The notes beneath the pieces were generated by a model. That model saw only the letters and a program-made list of their open reading frames with translations. It had not been told where the DNA came from and ran no database searches. Made by a program: the position numbers and the translations under genes. A stretch of 64,000 nt of DNA from assembly GCA_965204735.1 (NCBI GenBank), contig OZ242008.1, positions 2,208,001 to 2,272,000 on the forward strand, in the 5' to 3' direction. This DNA comes from Longimicrobiales bacterium (lineage in GTDB: Bacteria; Gemmatimonadota; Gemmatimonadetes; Longimicrobiales; Gaopeijiaceae). Below, in pieces: positions 59,901 to 64,000 of this stretch. Position 1 is the first letter of the stretch. Each line of letters starts with the position of its first letter.

Positions 59901-62900
59901 CCCGCGACTCGGCGCGCGCCGTCGTTGCTGATTGCATGATGCGCCAAGCTCAGCAGCGCGTCCGTCGTACCGCCCGACACGTCGATCGTCCCGCCGTTCA
60001 GCGCCAGCGCGCTCGCGCCGATGCTCAACCCGTCTGCGTCCGCGTCCGCCTGCACCACCACGTACTGGAACACCAGCGCCGTCGTCCCCGTCCCCGACGC
60101 GTAGCCCGCCTGCCGCGTCTGCGTCCCAATCGACAACGCCAGCTGCGGCGTGCCCGTGACCGCCACCGCCTTGTTGAACGTCACCGTCGCCGCCACCGTG
60201 TCGCCCCGCTCGAACGTCGTGCCCACCGGCGGCGCAGCTACAGACAAACCCACCACGCCCGGCGGCCCCAAGCTGCCGTTCACCTTGTGCGACGCCGCGT
60301 TCGACACTGCGTTCGCGCCCAGGCCCAGCGCAGCAGCAGTCGCGCCCGGACGCACGTCGTTGATGGCTCCACCGTTCAGCGTCAGCGCGCTCGCGCCGAT
60401 GCTGATCCCGTCGGTGTCCGCGTCCGCCGGACGGATCGCGTAGCCGAACACCAGCGTGTCCGCCTTGCTCGTCGCCGACTCGTAGCTCGCCTGCCGCGTG
60501 ACCGTGCCGATCGTCAGCGCCAGACGCGGCGAACCCGTCACCGCCACAGGACGACCGAACGCCACCTTCACCTCGATCGACTCGCCCAGCTGGTACGTGC
60601 TCGCGCTCGCCGGCGTGCTCGACACCGTCACCGCAGTCACTGCCGGCGTCGTGAACGTCCCGCCCGCAACCTTGTGGCCCGCGCTGTTCGTCACCGCGCT
60701 CGCGCCCAGGCCCAGCGTCGCGTCCAGCATCCCGCCCGCGACCCGGATCGTCCCGCCGTTCAGCGCCAACGCGCTCGCGCCGATGCTCAACCCGTCCGAG
60801 TCCGCGTCGCCGCTCGCCACCACGTACCGGAACACCAACGTGTCCGTGCCCGTCCCGCTCGCGTAGCTGGCCTGCCGTGTCGCGCTCCCGATCGTCAGCG
60901 CCAGACGCGGCGTGCCCGTCACGTCCACCGCACGGTTGAAGCCCATCGACACATCGATCGTCTCGCCACGCTCGAAGGTGTCGCCCACCGTCGGCGCACT
61001 GATCGACAGCCCTGTCACGCCCGGCGGTCCCCGGCTGCCGTCCACCTTGTGCGACGCTGCGTTCGCGATCGCGTTGCTCCCCAGTCCCAGGCTCGCTGCC
61101 GTCGTGCCGTCGCGCGCGTCGGCGATCGTACCGCCGTTCAACGCCAGCGCGCTCGCCCCGATGCTGAGCCCCGTCGAGTCGACATCCGCCGATGCCACCG
61201 TGTAGCCGAATACCAGCGTCGTCGTGCCGCTCCCGCTTGCGTACGCCGCCTGTCGCGTCTGCGTGCCGATCCCCAGGGCCAGCTGCGGCGGGCCCGTCAC
61301 CGTCACCGGGCGCGTGAACGTCACCTCGACCTCGATCCGCTCCGTTCGACCGTACGTGCTGTCGCTCGACGGCTCGCTCGTGATCGTCACGCCGCTCACC
61401 GCAGACGCCGTGAACGTCCCGCCCGCCACCTTGTGGCCCGTGCTGCGGATCACCGCGTGGCTGCCCAGCCCCAGCACCGCGTCCGTCGCCGTGCCCGACC
61501 GACGGATCGTACCACCGTTCAGCCGCAAATCGGACGCGCCGATGCCCAACCCGTCCGCATCCGCGTCCGCAGCCACCACCACGTACCGGAACACCAGCGT
61601 GTCCGTCCCCGTCCCGCTCGCGTAGTCCGCCTGCTTCGAGCCGCTCGAGAACCGCAGCTGCAGCTGCGGCGTCCCCGTCACCGCCACCGCCTTGTTGAAC
61701 GCGACCTTGACCTCGATCGTCTCGCCTCGCTCGAACGTGTCGCCCACATGAGGCGCACCGATCAACAACCCCGTCACACCCGGCGGACCCTGCGCGCCGT
61801 CCACCTTGTGCGCAGCCGCGTTCGCGATCGCGCTGGAACCCAAGCCCAGGCTCGCAGCCGTCGAACCGTCACGAGCGTCGTTGATCGTGCCGCTGTTCAA
61901 CGCCAACGCGCTCGCGCCGACGCTGACGCCGTCGCTGTCCGCATCCCCAGCCACCACCTCGTAGCTGAACGTCAGCGTCTTCGTCCCCGTCCCGCTCGCG
62001 TAGTCCGCCTGCCGCGTCGCAGCCCCCACCGTCAGCGCCACCTGCGGCAGGCCCGTCACGTTCACCGGCCGCACGAACGTCACCTCGACCTCGATCTCCT
62101 CGCCCAGACCGTACGTGTCCCCGCTCGACGGAGCGCTCGAGATCGTCACGCCGCTCACCGACGACGCCGTGAACGTCCCGCCCGCTACCTTGTGCCCCGT
62201 GCTGTTCGATATCGCGTGCGTGCCCAGTCCCAAAGTCGCGTCCAGCGTGCCGCCCGACAGCCGGATCGTGCCGCTGTTCAACGCCAACGCGCCCGTCCCG
62301 ATGCTCAACCCGTCCGCGTCCGCGTCCGCAGTCACCACCGTGTACTGGAACACCAGCGCCGTCGTGCCGCTCCCGCTCGCGTAGCTCGCCTGACGGGTCT
62401 GCGCACCGATCGCCAGCGCCAGCTGCGGCGTACCCGTCACCGCCACCGCACGGTTGAACGTCAACGTCGCCGCAATCACGTCGCCACGCTCGAACATGTC
62501 GCCCACGGGCGGCGACGCGAGGACCAAGCCGATCACCCCCGGCGGTCCCTGGTTGCCGTCCACCTTGTGCGACGCAGCGTTCGCAATCGCGTTCGACCCC
62601 AGACCCAGCCCCGCCGCCTCGCTCGCGTCGCGAGCGTCCGCAATCGTTCCGCCGTTCAGCGCCAATGCGCTCGCCCCGATGCTGATCCCGTTCGCGTCCG
62701 CGTCCGCAGCCACCACCGTGTAGCCGAACGTCAGCCCCTTCGTCCCCGTCCCGCTCGCATACGACGCCTGCCGCGTCTGCGAACCAATCGTCAGCGCCAG
62801 CTGCGGCGTGCCCGTCACCGCCACGCGCCGGTCGAACGTCACCTCGACCTCAATCCGCTCCGTCCGACCGTACGTGCTGTCGCTCGCCGGGCTGCTCGTG

Positions 62901-64000
62901 ATCGCCACGCCGCTCGCCGTCGCCGCCGTAAACGTCCCGCCCGCGACTCGGCGCGCGCCGTCGTTGCTGATCGCATGGTGCGCCAAGCTCAGCAAAGCGT
63001 CCGTCGTCCCGCCCGCCACGTCGATCGTCCCGCCGTTCAACGCCAGCGCGCTCGCGCCGATGCTCAACCCGTCCGAGTCCGCGTCCGCCTGCACCACCAC
63101 GTAACGGAACACCAGCGCGGTCGTGCCCGTCCCCGAAGCGTAACTCGCCTGCCGTGTCTGCGAACCGATTCCCAACGCCAGCCGCGGCGTGCCCGTCACG
63201 TCCACCGCCTTGTTGAACGTCACCGTCGCCGCCACCGTGTCGCCACGCTCGAACGTCGTGCCCACCGGCGGCGAAGCCACCGACAAGCCCACCACGCCCG
63301 GCGGCCCCAGGCTGCCGTTCACCTTGTGCGCCGCAGCGTTCGACACTGCGTTCGCGCCCAGGCCCAGTGCCGCAGCGGTCGAGCCCGGACGCACGTCGTT
63401 GATGGCTCCGCCGTTCAGCGTCAGCGCGCTCGCGCCGATGCTGATCCCGTCCGCGTCCGCGTCCGCCGGACGGACCGCGTAGCCGAACACCAGCGTGTCC
63501 GCCGTGCTGGAAGCGGCCATGTAGCTGGCCTGCCGCGTCTGCGAACCGATCGTCAGCGCCAGACGCGGCGAGCCCGTCACCGCCACAGGACGGCCGAACG
63601 CCACCTTCACCTCGATCGACTCGCCCAGCTGGTACGTGCTCGCGCTCGCCGGCGTGCTCGAGACCGTCACGCCGCTCACCGCCGGCGTCGTGAACGTCCC
63701 GCCCGCAACCTTGTGACTCCCGCTGTTCGTCACCGCGCTCGCGCCCAGCCCCAGCGTTGCGTCCAACGTCCCGCCCGCGACCCGGATCGTCCCGCCGTTC
63801 AGCGCCAAAGCGCTCGCGCCGATGCTCAACCCGTCCGCGTCCGCGTCGCCGCTCGTCACCACGTAGCGGAACACCAGCGTGTCCGTGCCCGTCCCGCTGG
63901 CGTAGATCGCCTGGCGCGTCGCGCTCCCAATCGTCAGCGCCAGCCGCGGCGTACCCGTCACGTCCACCGACCGGTTGAACAGCAGCGACACCTCGATCGT
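50906..64000 (-). CDS. Giant repetitive surface protein/adhesin B (partial, >4360 aa; paralog of adhesin A)
   Basis: ORF open to the right edge; at least 24 Ig-like repeats, 5 cadherin-like domains, an Ig-like domain and the same barrel; colinear with adhesin A at a ~26.6-kb offset. Confidence 0.9.
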   Translation of the reverse strand, partial: TIEVSLLFNRSVDVTGTPRLALTIGSATRQAIYASGTGTDTLVFRYVVTSGDADADGLSIGASALALNGGTIRVAGGTLDATLGLGASAVTNSGSHKVAGGTFTTPAVSGVTVSSTPASASTYQLGESIEVKVAFGRPVAVTGSPRLALTIGSQTRQASYMAASSTADTLVFGYAVRPADADADGISIGASALTLNGGAINDVRPGSTAAALGLGANAVSNAAAHKVNGSLGPPGVVGLSVASPPVGTTFERGDTVAATVTFNKAVDVTGTPRLALGIGSQTRQASYASGTGTTALVFRYVVVQADADSDGLSIGASALALNGGTIDVAGGTTDALLSLAHHAISNDGARRVAGGTFTAATASGVAITSSPASDSTYGRTERIEVEVTFDRRVAVTGTPQLALTIGSQTRQASYASGTGTKGLTFGYTVVAADADANGISIGASALALNGGTIADARDASEAAGLGLGSNAIANAASHKVDGNQGPPGVIGLVLASPPVGDMFERGDVIAATLTFNRAVAVTGTPQLALAIGAQTRQASYASGSGTTALVFQYTVVTADADADGLSIGTGALALNSGTIRLSGGTLDATLGLGTHAISNSTGHKVAGGTFTASSVSGVTISSAPSSGDTYGLGEEIEVEVTFVRPVNVTGLPQVALTVGAATRQADYASGTGTKTLTFSYEVVAGDADSDGVSVGASALALNSGTINDARDGSTAASLGLGSSAIANAAAHKVDGAQGPPGVTGLLIGAPHVGDTFERGETIEVKVAFNKAVAVTGTPQLQLRFSSGSKQADYASGTGTDTLVFRYVVVAADADADGLGIGASDLRLNGGTIRRSGTATDAVLGLGSHAVIRSTGHKVAGGTFTASAVSGVTITSEPSSDSTYGRTERIEVEVTFTRPVTVTGPPQLALGIGTQTRQAAYASGSGTTTLVFGYTVASADVDSTGLSIGASALALNGGTIADARDGTTAASLGLGSNAIANAASHKVDGSRGPPGVTGLSISAPTVGDTFERGETIDVSMGFNRAVDVTGTPRLALTIGSATRQASYASGTGTDTLVFRYVVASGDADSDGLSIGASALALNGGTIRVAGGMLDATLGLGASAVTNSAGHKVAGGTFTTPAVTAVTVSSTPASASTYQLGESIEVKVAFGRPVAVTGSPRLALTIGTVTRQASYESATSKADTLVFGYAIRPADADTDGISIGASALTLNGGAINDVRPGATAAALGLGANAVSNAASHKVNGSLGPPGVVGLSVAAPPVGTTFERGDTVAATVTFNKAVAVTGTPQLALSIGTQTRQAGYASGTGTTALVFQYVVVQADADADGLSIGASALALNGGTIDVSGGTTDALLSLAHHAISNDGARRVAGGTFTAASASGVSISSAPASDSTYGRTERIEVEVTFDRRVAVTGTPQVALTIGSQTRQANYASGSGTTTLTFGYTVAAADADANGISIGASALALNGGTIADARDASEAAGLGLGSNAIANAAAHKVDGNQGPPGVTGLVVASPPTGDTFERGDVIAATLTFNRAVDVTGTPQLGLGIGTQTRQASYASGSGTTALVFQYTVVTADVDANGLSIGTSALALNSGTIRLSGGTLDATLGLGTHAISNSTGHKVAGGTFTASSVSGVAITSTPSSGDTYGLGEEIEVEVTFVRPVNVTGTPQLALTVGTRTRQAEYASGTGTKTLTFSYMVVAADADSDGLSVGTSALALNGGTIADARDGSTAASLGLGSSAITNAAAHKVDGAQGPPGVTGLLIGSPHVGDTFERGETIEVKVAFNKTVAVTGTPQLALGIGSATKQASYAAGTGTDTLVFQYVVAAADVDADGISIGASALALNGGTVRRLATTTDAVLGLGASAVANSTGHKVAGGTFTASAVSGVAITSSPSSDSIYGRTERIEVEVSFTRPVTVTGVPQLALGIGSQTRQAAYASGSGTTTLAFGYTVQAADADSDGLSIAASALALNGGTIADARDGSTAASLGLGSNAVANAAAHKVDGSRGPPGVTALSISAPTVGDTFERGETIEVSLVFNRSVDVTGTPRLALTIGSATRQASYASGTGTDTLVFRYVVASGDTDADGISIGASALALNGGTIRVAGGTLDATLGLGTSAVTNSGGHKVAGGTFTTPAVSAVTVSSTPASASTYQLGESIEVKVAFGRPVAVTGSPRLALTIGTVTRQADYESATSKADTLVFGYAVRPADADTDGISIGASALTLNGGAINDVRPGAAAAALGLGANAVSNAAAHKVNGSLGPPGVVGLSVDAPPVGTTFERGDTVVATVTFNKAVDVTGTPQLALGVGSQTRQAGYASGTGTTVLVFRYVVAQADADGDGISIGASALALNGGTIDVAGGTTDALLSLAHHAISNDRARRVAGGTFTASSVSEVSIQSSPAGGSTYGLSEQIEVEVTFNRTVTVTGAPQLALTIGSRTRQAAYVSVTAGRQLAFRYEVVAGDADANGLSVGASALTLNGGTIADARDGTTAASLGLGSHAISNDAAHRVDGNQGPPGVSGVTIASPPVGDTFERGDTVVATVTFNKAVAVTGTPQLALTIGAGTKQASYASGTGTASLVFRYVVVTADADADGLSIGASALALNGGTIDVAGGTVDAVLGLGAHAVTNSAGHKVAGGTFTAASVSGVSLTSSPAVATTYGRDEQIEVQVTFNRRVTVTGTPQVALTVGAATRQAGYASGTGTYTLTFRYTVVQADADTDGIEVGASALALNSGTIADARNGTTTAALGLDSHALSAAAGHKVDGTLAGASVTGVAVSSTPESGDTYGLGERIEVEVTFDRAVTVTGAPQLALTVGTATRQANYASGSGTATLSFAYRVQGAGSGGSGTGGVDADADGVGVAATALTLNGATIVNTADGVRPAVLALGSHAIAAAANDKVDGTVEVVPVVVGMTVMSTPGANGLYGPRSVIRVAVTFSRPVEVAGAPQQAGHMSAATAPVRLAIEIGTAVRHASYVSGSGTPVLVFEYVVQPADRDEDGISIPADALTAAGGALRIAGGTTAAVLDLGSYAVENLEEHQVNGAGGTDPVFGRAEYEFELTEDVAGPVVVGTVSATDPFGGEVAYSLAAGDEGLFEVDARTGEVRYVGSGEDAEARSEFVMIVRATADDGERTGDATVTVRLVNVNDAPVFTAERYAFAMAENVAGPLALGVAEAVDLDEGDTLTYRLVAGDADRFEVDGATGEVQYVGSGEDYEGAGPKSWELEVTATDLAGASAKAVVAVALTNVNEGPAFADSAYAFDLAENARGPLLLGEVRATDPDGGDWLSYALTAGDAERFKVNATSGAVQYVGAGEDAETGPGSWELEVTATDRGGLTARARVVVTLEDRNEGPVFVESIWEWELAEHMAGPVELGTVEATDVDAGDTLRYSLSGARAALFDVGESSGVVRYVGAGEDAETGPEGWEFEVVATDRAGLAAVAKVRVLLLDVNEAPAFVDSAYAFDLAENVRGPRELGRVEATDPDRGDALTYTLAQGDAGRFDVNGASGVVRYVGAGEDYEDGPPEFALVVRVTDAGGLTAEAAVVVTLLDVNEGPEAVGSLSPPVLEVGGAPWEVGLGEYFRDPDGDALSYVVVSSLPDVAAASVSGAGRLSVAPQGIGAAVVTVTATDAGGLTATQQASVTVSASRSDRARALKLTLAAFGRSLGTETVDAIGGRLGLESSGSLGRSHVQLGGRSLSCVAFGGGRGSGVASSGTSSSRAVGDGGAAGVADAGQGGADQGQGASAPGQGGPGQDGSDQGGADQGHGGSGQDGSRQGGSGQDQGGSDQASTASAHAGAGLGGGVSGGRCGLESLVRDATGLLGLQITHPGVAGSGPGGIPGGTLDLAALLFGDATADMGGAPHGALGLGGSYQGQREEDALPAERERGGIAFSPLTGRDLRSRSSFQLSFGGSPDGQGAAVAEGDGTDAGLPSASPAQTASQAGWTLWGQANVGEFEGRPEDDFAMDGRTRSAYLGLDYRFGSGFLMGLAGSRSDMAANYESGINGVGKTKAHLNSLYPYASWSSQGGFGIWGLAGAGRGAANVGETGPTYDADLDMRMGALGVRQRLVGGLALKADAFAVRMTTDASNGHVVAVKADAQRVRLAPELGGQWSGGSVAMRTRIEVGGRYDRGDAETGMGAEAGAELGFTHAGSGLSLDARGRMLLIHQDRNFKEWGAGVALRLQPGREDGGLSFSLEPSWGNASGGAQTLWQGGSDVWRNAGVSGLGAGLGAAGPAAPGGGASANGDPAAQGDDPAAGLPVVPGPASNGLSATRAVPGWAPERLAMELSYGVFLPGGSQLKPFGRWSREGPAGYRLNVGTQWAILSGKATEDAQAPGMSLLLDFFGEQVADGRLPLERRLGLLGRIKFDQD
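56850..64000 (-). repeat. 3039-bp higher-order tandem repeat (8 Ig-like domains, 1013 aa), more than 2 copies
   Basis: Homologous track ORFs recur at exactly +3039 (57459/60498, 59076/62115, 59415/62454, 60150/63189). Confidence 0.9.

Overview
A very GC-rich bacterial chromosomal window. A Gemmatimonadota-like, possibly invertebrate- or sponge-associated, lineage is inferred from gene content and protein style only. Housekeeping blocks are DUF4159-rsmI-trxA/mce, nupC-PNP, a TonB-dependent receptor, dnaK-degP, tRNA-Leu(TAG)-tig-clpP-clpX-lon-engB, a Tsx-like channel, nfeD-floA, a five-gene acyl-CoA beta-oxidation cluster and ComEC-MBL/DUF3006. About 28 kb of the window is taken by two paralogous giant minus-strand surface proteins. 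The first is ~4960 aa and complete; the second is >4360 aa and runs off the right edge. Both consist of ~125-aa Ig-like repeats arranged in an 8-domain (3039-bp) higher-order repeat, then five cadherin-like domains, one more Ig-like domain, and an autotransporter-like beta-barrel that seems extended to ~18 strands. The first gene has Cys-stapled, hypervariable N-terminal domains, a C21 homopolymer next to a -10-like box (phase-variation candidate), and a frameshifted relic of a DNA cytosine methyltransferase just upstream. dnaK carries a clear sigma-54 promoter with two identical palindromes 42 bp apart. Short tandem duplications recur at gene starts and junctions. All calls come from reading the sequence and the supplied ORF track; no database search was run, and several start codons are best guesses.
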